Assembly: GCA_017654855.1 (NCBI GenBank)
Contig: CM030332.1
Coordinates: 7,254,001-7,318,000 of the forward strand
From: Podospora anserina
Lineage: Eukaryota
DNA length: 64,000 nt
Direction of reading: 5' to 3'
Shown: positions 1 through 12,200 of the stretch, one piece after another
How positions within the stretch are numbered: the stretch's first letter is position 1
Layout of the letters: the number at the start of each line of letters is the position of its first letter
Made by a program: the position numbers and the translations under genes
Notes under the pieces: generated by a model
Database searches by the model: none
The model's input: the letters and a program-made list of their open reading frames with translations, nothing else
Told to the model about the DNA's origin: nothing

Positions 1-1485
1 GGTCCCCTCAGTCTCCCACTTGGCAAAAAGACACAAGGGCACCATCACACTGGCGAGTACTGCAAGTGTCGCTCATATACCGGGACCGACAATCACCAGG
101 GCGACTGTGAGGAGGATCGATGCGGCAGGCAATCCGTATGAGCAGACGATCACATTGAGTGAAGGACAGCAAGTCGACGGTGAAATCATTCGCACGACGG
201 TAATGCCTGCACCGGTTGCTGCGGCTGGCGAGGCGCTTGGGCAGCAGGCGACACCCGTCAAACGGAGACCACCGCCGCCTAAGAGGAAGGCCAAGGGGCC
301 GGGCAGAGGAAGGAAGAAGGGAAGCGGGAAGATTGGTCAGTTGCCTTTGCCTGCCACCAGGTCACAGCAACAAGCAGCTGCTGGGGGCGAGGCTTTGGCT
401 GAAGCCACGGTTGAGGGCGTACTCGGCGAGGGTCCACCAGGGGTAAGTTCTTACCATCCGCGGCCAGTCGGGTATCAGGTCGAGTGGCTAACAACGGGCA
501 ACAGGTTGTCATTACGTCCGAGGAGAACGGCGATGCAGCAGGCCAGGACACCGAGATGGCCGACAACTCGGTCATTCCTTCCGATGAGGAGGACGGTGAC
601 GAAGGGGACGAAGGCGACGAAGACGGTGAGGAGGAAGGTGGCGACGAAGAAGCCGGCGATGAAGAGTCAACAGCGACCCCTGAAGTGGGCAACGCTCCAA
701 GTGATGTCGAGCAGGTTACAGAGCAAGCTCAAGGTCAGGATCAAGATCAAGAGATGCTCGGCTCAGACGCTTCGGAGGTTATCCGACCAAGCTCGATTGA
801 GGAACCTGAAGACGAGCAGCTGCCTCGTCGCGCCACCCCCGAAGAGGAGGTCACAGTTTCCAGACCACGGTTCCAACTGGGTCCACAATTTAACTCTCCC
901 CGCGCGGAAGGCAGTCCCCTCAAGAACGTCATGGTCGTGTCGCCCACCGAGCCAGCGACCGCGCCTGCTGCTGCCAGCTACCTCGACATCCAATCTACTA
1001 CCGTCTCCATGGACATTGACCTTGGAAACACTCAACCAAACATCCCTCTTCCATCCTCATTGGAAATATCAGCTACGGTGCAATCAGAAACAGCCGTTAC
1101 CTCTGAAACATCATCCGCTCCTAAGCCCAGCGCATCTACGCCCCCAATGGCAGATCAACAAGCTTCTGTGCCCGCAGAATCCATCTCTGAAGCTCTCACG
1201 ATGCCAGAAGAGCAGCCCCCGTTCTCGGCGCAGACAACCGAGCCTGTCACCGCACCCGAAGCTTCTGTTTCGCTTGAGGTCCCAACGCAAATCCCAGAGG
1301 TCTCTCTCCAGACATCAGCCTCTCCTACTCTTCCTACTGCTTCCGAACCCCCTCAGGCATCCGAAGCAGGTAGCCCCGATCTTTTAGGCAGTCTTGAGGC
1401 CGAGCTCGACAGGGAAATGTCACTCAACAATCGATCCCCGCCGCCTGGTGAGCAGGAAAAACCATCCGCAACAGAAGCCCAGTAG
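1..1485 (+). CDS. 3' part of a hypothetical protein: basic segment ([19 protein letters not shown]) followed by an acidic, Pro/Ser-rich disordered tail; 5' end outside the window
   Basis: The ORF 20.. frame joins the ORF 484..1485 frame through a GT-AG intron at 443-504 (gtaagt...gctaac...cag). Stop TAG at 1483-1485. Confidence 0.75.
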
Positions 1486-2446
1486 GATGGCCTCGATAAT
1501 GACGTCAAGAATACTGTCGACAAGCTGCTTGAGCTTGTTTGTAGTCGCGGTTTTCAGCCTGGGCTATGGTCGGCGACAATTGAGTTGTATGGGTACGGCA
1601 CCCGTGATTACCGGGGAGATTGCGATCCCTTTGGGGACGATGATCCAATTGAGGAGGAGGATCCCATTGAGGAGGGGGATCCCATTGGGGATGAGGCTAG
1701 TCGTGACTGGCCTGATCACGATACCACCGATCACGATACGGATGGTTCAGACGGATGGTTCAGACGGAGGTGACCCAAACGGTGGTGGTCCAAATGGAGG
1801 TGATTCCGGTGGAGGTGATTCCGATGGAGGTGATTCCGATGGAGGTGATTCCGATGGAGGCGATCCAGACGGAGGTGATCTAGGCCGAGGTGATCCAAAC
1901 GGCGGTGGCCCAAACGGAGGTGGCCCAAATGGAGGTGGCCCCGACGGAGATGATCCAGATGGAGATGACCCTGACCATTATGACGGCGACCGCTTTGATG
2001 ATATATTGCCGCTTTCACTCTCGCCTTGCTCCGCACGCTTCTGGGTACGCCTCCGTCGCCCACACCGACGCTCATGGCGCCGCAGACGTCAGCTCCATTT
2101 TCCTCGATACAGCCCCAACCCACGATGGGGACAAAGCGTCTGGGATTGGGTTGATGGCACGGCTCGCACGGCTCGCAGTGGCTTGATTGGCTCTGCCTTT
2201 TGGGCTTGTCGAAAGTACCTCGATGCCTTTCGCGAAAATGCGGGCACGGACGGGATCAAGACGCAAACACGGTTCTTGTTTCTCAGGGAAGTTGGGGGTT
2301 TTCTTTGGGGAATCTCGGGCGTTCCACAATCTTTTCATTCGACTGGATCAGAAATACAATTGCAGCAGATAGATAGATGGAGAGATCAGAAGGCGGAAGT
2401 AAGGGAAGCGTCTTCAATTTTTCTTGTTTCACTCAGTTGGAGTTGA
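1486..2446 (+). pseudogene. Possible frameshifted Gly/Asp-rich repeat coding remnant (GDPNGGG/GDSDG repeats)
   Basis: The acidic reading (DDDPIEEEDP...DGSDG) continues into the GDPNGG/GDSDG reading only across a 13-nt tandem duplication at 1741-1766. No recognised domain. Confidence 0.35.
1765..1975 (+). repeat. Degenerate 15-nt tandem repeat (ggaggtgattccgat-like), about 14 units
   Basis: Visible periodicity, encoding GGDSD/GGPN-like pentapeptides. Confidence 0.85.
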
Positions 2447-2660
2447 AAGAGGGACGAGCAGACAGCGTATACAGGGTTATATATTCAAGAGAACCCTTTC
2501 TTCTCTTTGGCACGTTTGCAATGATGTCTTTAGTGGCGTGGAGGTTGACGAGTTAGACGACTGAAGAGTAAGCCCGTTGAACTCTTCAAAGCGAATGATG
2601 GTAGGTCACCACGTCGAATTCAGCGAAAACCCGGAAAATAAAAGACTCAACGAGAAAACA

Positions 2661-3981
2661 TTACATCACCGCCGCCAAAACCACCGCCCCAGCCGCCAAC
2701 ATCACCCCCGTCGGCACTGCCGCAAAGGCCCCCTTTCCCGCTCCATTCAGGGGAACCGTCACTGGCACAAATGTCGTCGTGGGGACGATTCCCGACGTGA
2801 ACGGTATATCTGCCACCGGAGTGACCCCGGCAAAAGCAGGAGCTTGGGTTGCTGCTGCTGGGTCAGGGGTAGCCGATGTGTTGGATGGGTTTAGGACACT
2901 GCCCATCCTCAATGTCAGCAACTTGCGATACCCAAGAGAGGTGGTGGGTAGGTAAGTTGGGGGGAGGGGGGGTGTGGGCGTACTTATCTATAACATGCAC
3001 CACCCCGTTTCCGACAAGCACATCCCCCAGTATCACCCTCGCCGAGTTGACAAACAGCTGGTTGCCGTCCCGTCTGATGGTCAGGTTGGAGCCTTGGAGC
3101 GTCGCCAAGACGATCTGGTCTTGGGCTAGGAGTCGCGGGGAGAAGAGGATGCGGGAGGGGACGAGGTGGTAGCCTAGTATGTTGGCTAGGTCCGTGTCTG
3201 AGAGGCCGCTGGCTGCTGAACCGATTGCCTGGAAGGCGGGGTTGGATGGGGCGAAGAGGGTCATGTCTTGGAGGGAGGAGGTGCCGGAGGAGAGGCGGGC
3301 GGTGGTGAGGGCGCCGACCAGAGAGGTGAGGTTTATGTTGGACAGGGTTTGAGAGAGGGGCGCTGGGACGGTGAGGACGGAGGAGATGATGTGGAGGGTG
3401 TTGTTGCTGTTGGCGAAGGTTAGGTCCTGGTAGGGGTTAGTATGAGAGGTATATAATGGGCCAAGGGGGGAAACATGCGGGGGTGATGACAGAGGAGGCT
3501 TGCTTGTAGCCTGAGAAGAGGCTTGCTGTTTCGTTGAGGAGGGTCAATTGGAGTTTTTGGCCTCCGGTGACGTTGGCGAAGGGGGTGGAGAGGAGAGTGG
3601 AGGGGAAGATGGGGCTGGTGGTGAAGTCTGTTGAGAGGGATTTTCCAGAGAGGACGTGGTACTGAAGAACGCCGGAGAGGGCGCGGGGGTTGGTCATGAG
3701 TTCTGCTGAGCGGGGGTTCCGAGACAAGAGGTTGGTGAAGGCTTCGTTGGAGGGGGCGAGGAGGGTGATGTTTTGGGCGGTGGAGAGGGTCTGGAATAGG
3801 TCCGGGACGAGTTGGAGGAGACCTTAGGGGTCAGTAATTCTGAAGCTTGCAGGGTCAGAAAGAGGTCAGTCATACTTGTTAGTGTGCTTAGTGTGGCATT
3901 ATTCTGTGCGAGAATCTCAGTTAGAGACTGGGCAGAGGCATATGCTGCCAGTGCTAGGGGAAGTAGATATGTGAGATACAT
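2661..3981 (-). CDS. Secreted, probably GPI-anchored fasciclin (two FAS1 domains) protein
   Basis: Signal peptide MYLTYLLPLALAAYASAQ. FAS1 motifs TLFAPSN, LQYHV/LGYHL and NGVVHVID. Hydrophobic C-terminus. Introns 3823-3875, 3427-3478 (GC-AG) and 2899-2983. Confidence 0.9.
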
Positions 3982-5052
3982 TTGGACTAATAACAACACA
4001 AGGTTACAAAAGAGAGTTCAAGAACCAGAGAGATTGAACGAGATGAGTAGGAACATGTCAGCTCAATATGGTGTTCGTCTTAGCAAGCACTCGGAACGTG
4101 AAGACTGTTGATGCCGTGCCATGATGGTCAACGAGTAGGAAAGCGGTGGAAATGATGTTTCTGGTATGAGAATCTCCACTGACATCAGGCTGAAAGTCAT
4201 GATGCTCAAACATGTATCGAACGGCCGGATGGTGTAGATCATGCCCCTTCGTTTTCCAAGGGCCAAGTGCGTCTGGCTTCTCAACATTTGGTTGAGTTTC
4301 TTGTCACATATATAAATAAGTTGGAGAGCCTCAACGGGATCTTTGCAAGAGCTCAATGTCGGCGTGAATAAAAGTTGAAGGCAGGTTGAGGTGTGAGAGG
4401 ACGTTGGTGATAATCGGGGAAGCCGATCAGAGGCAGGGAAACCTGACCATCTTTGTGATCAGGGCTCAGCGCGGTCTGTGCGCGTCAGGAATTCCAGTAA
4501 GATAGAGAGATAAGAAGCAGCGAATGAAGCTCTACAGGTCGAGCATCAAAATATCTTGGAACAATTCTTCTGCTTCACAGGCCAGTCTCTGAAACATTGA
4601 TTGACCAATAACCATGGATCCTCATTGGCTTTCACGATACTCCGCACGAACATGGCGTCCTGATGGGTCACTCCAGCACCCCTCATCCAATCACAGACCA
4701 GCCCAACTTCCAAGTTGACGATCGGCTTTGCACCTGACCAAGACAAGCAACTTTCACTCAAACCCGACGATGTTTTGAACATGTTCAATTCTGGTATTCT
4801 ACTCTCTCTCGCCAGCGCTGAGCTAGCATGTCACAAGATGCTAGCAATATGCAGTCTAAAGCAACAATGTCAATCCCCCGATGATGTCCTGACGGGCATG
4901 CTGCGCCCATAACGCCGTTTTCCCAAGTCGCCGATAACTCCTATTCATATGTTGTTGTATGCAACGCCCAATCCTTTTCCTCGTCGTACTCCTGATCGTT
5001 ATTAACTCCATCGTGCTTCTACCCAGCTACCCAGCCACCCAACACAGACCAC

Positions 5053-5961
5053 TCAGGCAGCGACCTCCTGACTTGGCTGCTGTGTCGTCGCCGTTGCGGT
5101 CTGGTTGAGCCACTGAGCATACCGGCTCTTCTTGTTGTGGATGCCGCACTCAGTCTTCTCCTGGCCCTTCCACCGACCGGCACGCTCATCCTCGCCTTCG
5201 GCAACCGGGACTGTCGAATGCCAGTCACCAACAGACTTGTACCCCCGATCGAGGAGGGCATTGTATGGCACATTGTTCTCCTTGATGTAGTCGTTGACTT
5301 GCTTGAAGGTCCAGGTGACGAGGGGGTTGATCTTGATGATGCCTCTCTCCTCGTCAAGCTCGATGACGGGAATGGCACCACGCTGGCCACCCTGAGACCG
5401 GCGACGTCCAGTCAGGACGGCGCCAACCTTCAGTTCATCGTATGCTCTTTGTTGAGGCTCGACCTTGGCGACCCAGTCGTACAGCTCCGAGGACATCTCA
5501 TACAGCTTCTCTCCGTATGTGCTCTCAAACTCCTCTACTGTCTCAACGTCAAGTGGCTTAAAGACATGCATCTTGAGCCCATAGCGCTCCTTGACAGTGT
5601 CAACGAGCTCATATGTCTCCTTGAAGTGGTAAAGGGTGTCCAGGAAGATGAGGTCAATGGGCAGCGAATGAGGGTTCTCCTTCTGGATCTTGGCCAGCAT
5701 ATCGATGGTGACGAGACCGGTGAGGCCGAAGGCTGTTGTCTGGTACAGGTTGGGGAAGAAGGCCTTGGAGAACCTGAGGATGTCCATGGGGTGCATGTGC
5801 TCCAGTTGCTGGTTGAGGTGCTTCAGGTGTGCTGGGGTGAGCGAGATGGCAGGGAGGTTGGCGGTGGAATTGCCAGTCGAGGCAAAGCCCGAGTCGACGG
5901 AAGCGTCGTCGCCATTAGACGACGAGCGAGAGGAAGGGGCCCTGGACTCTTCGGTGGACAT
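5053..5961 (-). CDS. MET16: 3'-phosphoadenosine 5'-phosphosulfate (PAPS) reductase
   Basis: Motifs TTAFGLTG, FLDTLYHFKET, TGRRRSQG, GYKSVGD, ERAGRW and ECGIH. Start taken at MSTEES (5961). Confidence 0.95.
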   Translation of the reverse strand: MSTEESRAPSSRSSSNGDDASVDSGFASTGNSTANLPAISLTPAHLKHLNQQLEHMHPMDILRFSKAFFPNLYQTTAFGLTGLVTIDMLAKIQKENPHSLPIDLIFLDTLYHFKETYELVDTVKERYGLKMHVFKPLDVETVEEFESTYGEKLYEMSSELYDWVAKVEPQQRAYDELKVGAVLTGRRRSQGGQRGAIPVIELDEERGIIKINPLVTWTFKQVNDYIKENNVPYNALLDRGYKSVGDWHSTVPVAEGEDERAGRWKGQEKTECGIHNKKSRYAQWLNQTATATTQQPSQEVAA

Positions 5962-7804
5962 GATGGCGGATTGGGTGGTTATAACACGTTTTGAGTGTTT
6001 GTGGATATGTTGTTGAGTGGATGCCAACGTTTCGTGCAAGAGCGAGGAAGAGAAGAAGTAAAGACGGGACACCAGATGTCGTGATTAAGGCGGGGAATGA
6101 GGCCAACAGAGGGGTTGCTCAGAGGGAATGGGGGGGGTTTGGTAGTATCGATGAGGGATATTGAATATGGAACAAAGTCGAGCTTTGGGGGTGGGAGGGG
6201 AGTGTTCACTACTAATAGCTTTCCAGTTGGAGCGTTTCGAGGAAAGATCCCATCCGCCGTTTCGGAACGAAAGTCGAAGGACCACCCTGTAGACCGACGA
6301 CCGACCGACATCCGGGATGGGGGGAGCAAAAGGCACGTTTTCACTGTTCATGGACTAGGCTCATTAGTAATTATGGATGCTTCCACGATCACTTTGGCCC
6401 TGGAGGACACAGACGGAACCCAGGGACGGCCTGGCATTGGCTCCTGCCTGTCTAAACTGGGCCATCGCAGCGGATTTGGGAGGGCTGCGGTCGCCCTTTG
6501 CAAAGAGCGCACTCTGACGAAGCTTTCCCTAGAGTGGTGGTGTTTTCATGGAGGCTGATCACGACATCTGGAGGCATTTTCATTGGTCAATTTGGCCCAT
6601 TTTCTGTGGGGGTCGACTCGTCCCCAAGTCGTTCCGCCCGCCCCTTTTGTGGCAAGGGGGCCGGGGACAAAACACCCATTGTCTTGTGTCGACATGCCAC
6701 TGTGCGCTTCTCGAACTCCTCATGGGCGTCAATTCGAGGTGTTGTCGTCATGGCAGGGCGTGAGTTGCACGACATCTAGCACCAGAACAACGGTTGAAGG
6801 GATATATCTTGATCTACTTAGTCAGCCGGCAGTCGTCGATGTGAATCTTGAACCATGATGTCACTGTAGTCAACGTCTCCATAAGAATCTCAACCCCAGA
6901 AACTGTCAAAAACATGGTCTCTCCACCCCCCCCCCCTCCCCAAAAAATAACAAGAGTACGGTGATGAACCGTTTGAAGCTTATTTCTCAATCTCTTCAAC
7001 AGTTACTCAGCTCTCCCACGGCGATTTGTCAGAGTATCTGCTGCCGACACAAAGCTGGGCAACCTCTTTGTAGGTGGCCTCCAATCAACCGTTTCACGGC
7101 CGGACAAAATCATCGAAATGGTGGGTCGCGTGCTGACGGGGCAGGCAACAACAGTTATTAACAGGACCTTCTTCATAGTTAAATATACCGCACCGGAGAC
7201 GTCTAAACGGTCAACGGCTGTCGGGCTGACCCCGCAGTAGACAGACAAACAGGCAGACGATGAAAACCGGCGCAAGGTATGGCAGAGATATTGACCATAT
7301 CCATTCTTTACCCCGGAGTTTCGGAGGTCTACATGCACTACCTTCCGGTGAAGGGAATCCACCTGACAGACGGGTTGACGGAGAGCTTTTTCTCGGTGTG
7401 GTTGGCCGATCTCGGGTGCGGGCGTGCCGGATGGAGTTCAAATGCCCCTCACCTTGCAACTGATGGCGGGGTCTGCCGACTGGCCAAAATCGGATTCACC
7501 GTGGTGAATGGTGGGGTTGACAACTTCCTTGTTTTTTGGTGCTGCCGTCCGTCCATTGAACAAAAATACTTGGCCGCCCTGTTCGCGCAAGCATTCCTGC
7601 CCATTTGTCTGTTGGGCGTTCTGTCTGTCGTCGAGGTTCACTTTGCTCGGTGTTCTGTGGTAGCGCGCGTGTCGAAGATTCGAGTCCAGGGTATCCAAGG
7701 TACTGCTTCTTTGTCGTCGAGTCGCTTTGGTCGAGTTTGGACGTCGTCACTAAAACATAACCTCCAGATCACAATTTGCAGCCTGCTGTGCGCGATCCGC
7801 AAAC

Positions 7805-9280
7805 ATGTCTCAGGAACCTCAGTCTCCCACCCGTCAGGGTCGCCCCTCCATAACTGCTTCGATGCGGAGCAGTTCGTTTCTTAGAGAGCATCAGCAGTAC
7901 CGTCCTCCAAGCAAGCCCGAGAACCACTACGGAATCGACACGGTTGTGGAGGATCTCCAAGCCACCAGCGTGTCCCCCCCGCGCGAGATCTCTCCCTTCA
8001 AGGGAATCCCCTCGGCTGAGAACCCGCCCAGGATCGTCGATGGCCAGAGCCATGAGCTGTCGCATCCCAACTGCACGCCTTTGCCTGGCGCTTCCACCAA
8101 CAGACTGATCGCTACTCTGTTTTACAAGTCCACTAACCCCAGAGTATCAAATGCTATCCCCTCACCGCAGCGCAATCCGTCTCCCAAGGGGAGCGGTCAG
8201 TCGCCCTCGGTCCGCGCCGCCGACTCGGACCTTCCCCCTACCATGGCGCCGACCAGCAAGCTTGACGACTTTCCCCTCGAGCCTCCCGCCACCGAGCCTG
8301 AGCCCCTCGACCACCTCTACGGCGCCAACGTCTCGCCGATGTGCATCGCCTCCTTCCTTCACCTCATGTCTACCTTTCCTCTCCCTGCCGGCTCGACCGA
8401 CCTTCACTCTTCTCACCGCTGCCTGAAGATCGACCAGTCTCACCAAGAACACCATCCCACCGTCGTCGAGCTCACCCTTTCCCCGGCGCCCGCTTCCGAC
8501 TACCTTCCCCTGAAGGACCTCCGCAAGCACGAGCTCATCTACCGCTTCGAGAGAGAATGGAACGTCGACGTAGCCCTCCGAGCCGATACCCTCTGGCGCC
8601 GGTACCCCCGCTTGGTGGTGTTCGACATGGACAGCACCCTCATTACTCAGGAGGTCATCGATCTCCTGGCTGCCACCATCAAGGACCCCCCTGATCTTGC
8701 TGCCCGTGTGGCAGATATCACCCATCGCGCCATGATGGGAGAGCTCGAGTTCGACTCTGCCTTCCGCGAGCGCGTAAAGTTGCTTGCTGGCCTCCCAGGG
8801 ACGCTCTTCAATGAGCTTCGCCCTGTACTTGACGTTACAAACGGTGTCAGACCGTTGATCAAGGCTCTCAAGAGGCTTGGCGTCAAGACCGCCGTCTTGT
8901 CAGGTGGTTTCTTGCCCTTGACCAGCTGGTTGGCTGGTGAGCTGGGAATTGACTATGCTCATGCCAACGAGGTTGTCATCGATGAGCAGACCGGGAAGCT
9001 GACCGGTGAGGTCAAGGGGAGGATCGTCGGGAAGGAGAGAAAGAGGGAGTTGTTGATCGAGATTGCAGAGAAAGAGGGCATCGCACTTGAACAGGTTGTT
9101 GCGGTCGGTGATGGAGCGAATGACTTGTTGATGATGGAAGCCGCGGGCTTGGGAGTGGCGTGGAACGCGAAGCCTATGGTGCAGATGGAGGCAAGCTCGA
9201 GGTTGAACGGGGATAGTCTTTTGGATTTGCTGTATTTGTTTGGGTTTACCGAGGAGGAGGTAAGGCAGCTTTCAGCTTAG
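7805..9280 (+). CDS. SER2: Phosphoserine phosphatase (HAD family, SerB) with a long N-terminal extension
   Basis: HAD motif I FDMDSTLI, SGGF, and GDGANDLLM. Single-exon ORF of 491 aa. Confidence 0.95.
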   Translation: MSQEPQSPTRQGRPSITASMRSSSFLREHQQYRPPSKPENHYGIDTVVEDLQATSVSPPREISPFKGIPSAENPPRIVDGQSHELSHPNCTPLPGASTNRLIATLFYKSTNPRVSNAIPSPQRNPSPKGSGQSPSVRAADSDLPPTMAPTSKLDDFPLEPPATEPEPLDHLYGANVSPMCIASFLHLMSTFPLPAGSTDLHSSHRCLKIDQSHQEHHPTVVELTLSPAPASDYLPLKDLRKHELIYRFEREWNVDVALRADTLWRRYPRLVVFDMDSTLITQEVIDLLAATIKDPPDLAARVADITHRAMMGELEFDSAFRERVKLLAGLPGTLFNELRPVLDVTNGVRPLIKALKRLGVKTAVLSGGFLPLTSWLAGELGIDYAHANEVVIDEQTGKLTGEVKGRIVGKERKRELLIEIAEKEGIALEQVVAVGDGANDLLMMEAAGLGVAWNAKPMVQMEASSRLNGDSLLDLLYLFGFTEEEVRQLSA

Positions 9281-12200
9281 GATAGGGAGGGAGATATGAA
9301 TCGAGTATAAAAACAAGGGATGGGCCACAAAAAAAAAGGAATAACACAGTGCCAGAGGATAAGGCTTTAGATTATACATCTAGCAGGTAGAGAGTGTACG
9401 CTGTGGGATGGTAGAGGTATAGCTATACACGCATGCCTGTGGCATTGCCTTGAAGACGAAAGATGGGTTGCTTGTCTCGTGTGATAATGCTGCTCTGCAA
9501 TTGACAGACTGCCCTGGGCGGTTGAAACTGAAGAGAGACGAGGCAGGTATGAGTTTGGAATCCTTTAGTCCCAAGATATCGATTCCAACCGTTAGGTATT
9601 CACTGTGTTCCCGATATGAAGCTGGAAGATTGCAGATCGTTTATCGATACCAAGCCTGCGTGGTTCAAAACGCTCCACCAATAGTATCTCATCTTGACCT
9701 CATAAAAAGTTGTGAGCAGGGTTTAAAGATCATGTCTCGATTAGTTTGTTCGTCTGAGAAAGCGCTTGCCATTATGATAGACTATTATTCTCCTGACAGC
9801 CCTAGAGTTATCTTTGTTGAACGCATTCTCTACCAGCCATCTATGCCCTCGAGACTTAGAGTTACTTGTCAAGCTTGATACTCGGTGCGTTCTATGGGTC
9901 CTAGACTTGGGATTGCCCCCATACGGTTGGTTGAGCTGAGGTTGAGGGCGGCTGGTCTGTGTAGATTGGAGCATGATACATGCCGAAGTTGAGTTGATTC
10001 GTGATTTGGTGTGTCATGGTGTGGGCACTGTTGGTAGGCAACGGTAGGGTCAAACTCAGGGTTTGTGTGGTAACCTTCATCTTGGAAGCGTTGGCAGGTT
10101 TGAGGCCGTTGAACGCTGAGGACGGGTCGTGGTGACTTTGGGTTGAAGATGAGTCAAGCTTCACATCCTCATGCCGTGGACAGAAAACGGTTTTGTCAAT
10201 GGGGAAGCACATGATTCCCTTGAGAAATATGCTGAAGAGTATCCATAGGCCCCAAACACGATAGCCCTTCGGTGAGAGATATGGATAGCTGTGAATGGAT
10301 CTATTATGCCTTCCAGGCCAGCCAACAGGCTTTCAACCATAGTTGACAGGTTCATTTGATATTTCAGAAGGCCCAAGTTAGATACCTGAATTACCTGACG
10401 TAGAATGGCTGCAGTGTTGTCCAGAGCGTATATAATCCCACGGGGATAGGTGATGGAAAAGAAAAGCGGGGAGAAGGCCACCCGTCTGGTATACAGAGAT
10501 CTGGCTCCCAATAACTGGGTCACGAGAGAAAAGCCAAGCACAAGAAACCGCAGACAGCTATGCCGGTGAGCACGTCACTGCCCAAACCAATGGGCCGGAA
10601 TCCAAGTCACTCCTCAAGTGGACCGGGGCTCTACACCGACGACTAGGCTAAGGCAGGATCATGTACAAGCATTCACATAGGAGAGCGCCATGCTGGAGAG
10701 CTGTGACGAATCCAGAACCCTACACGCAGATCTCCCGTCCAGTCAATGGCCAACCGGGCTGACGGGAGGCTTTGTGTCTCTCTCGGGCCGGATGACTCCT
10801 CAGGCCTCGAAAGCCACCCCCGTCCTATTCATACCCGAATCGATAGCCTTTGTCCACAACGGGAGGGACGGGTAAGGTAACTCCAAGACTTTAGCTTCAA
10901 AGTGGGGATCTTGGGTCGAGAAAAAAGAAAATTCGAACCCAGCCAGGTGCCGCTGCAACATCGAGCATGGTTTCTCGGGTATCTTTGTGCTCCCATCCCA
11001 TCCGATACTATCTTGTAAGGTGTAGCCACAGCGAAGCATACTTGTCATGGACCAAAGCCACCACAGGTCTTGCTCGAGATCTCGACGTCGATGGCGCCGC
11101 CAAAGGGTGTGAGATTTCCCTGGGCAATCCAACCATTGAGGTCGGTGAAGGGTGGAATCATGCTTCCAGCAAACTCCCTGGAGAGTTGGAGGGTGGCCCG
11201 GCAACACGGTAGGCGACCCCCCTGGAAGGGGCTCGGTGGGGTTTTCGAAAGCAGAGATCTCTTCTCGAAAAAGCTTGACGAAGCGTTGCCGTTGAGAAGC
11301 TTGGCAGCGGGAGCCCTGAGCCTCACAGGGACTATTACATAATATCAGTCGTCGAGGTCACATCCAAGGCCATGATCGTACCTCTGTAGGGAAAGGACCT
11401 TGCCGTGTTCGATGCAGGAAGACGCACCTTTACGTTGCCCCCGACCTCCTGGAAATCTCAGAGCAGGTCATTGGAGAGCTAACAAAGGCCTACCCTGAAG
11501 CTGCCGGGGAGCTACGTGGGATTCTTGGGTTGGCATCACCAAAGCTGTGTTCGTGTTGCCATGTCAACATCATGGTGATCGGGGAAGCCACCCTGAAAAA
11601 AAGATTTGCAAGAAATGCCTCTGTGAACTTGACAAATGGACTAGCTTGGGGTGGGCTGGCAGGCTGGGTGGGCTGGACAACAGCTTCGCAAGCGGCCGAC
11701 GTCAATGTCAACGTCAAGATGGGATGTCACAGACTCCAGATGGCACATTCGTATCGCACGCAGCATTGTGGGTGGCGCGCTGTCGGCGGTTTGGTATTGC
11801 ATTCGCCTCGATGAAACTGAAGCAGTTCTGCTATTGGCCCAGGCCAAAGCATTGGACGTTCTTGCCACCGTCCCCCGCGGCAAACCGTTCATGAAACCCC
11901 GCTTCAAACCCATTTTGAGAGGTGCCAATTCACGAACGAGAGAGGTTCGTGGTAGGGATTGTGGAAACAAAGTTCTAAAGCTCGGTGCCACCGCAACACG
12001 CCGTGTCTGCCAAGCTGGGCTGGCTCGAGTGAGAGGCGAATCGAAAGAATCTCACGATTGACTCACGCGACAAGCAAATCAAGCCCTGGAGCAATTGTCG
12101 CATGGTGTGTCGTTGGGCTGGAAGCCAGATGCAGCAGAGAGAAGCCCAAAGATTTGACAAGCAAACACCCCTCCCACCTTCCAAGTACCTCAGTATCTTA

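Noticed and set aside
20-1387. 455-aa ORF as a single-exon gene
   Set aside because: After 442 it reads through an intron into an off-frame Arg/Pro/Ser-rich translation. The spliced model fits better.
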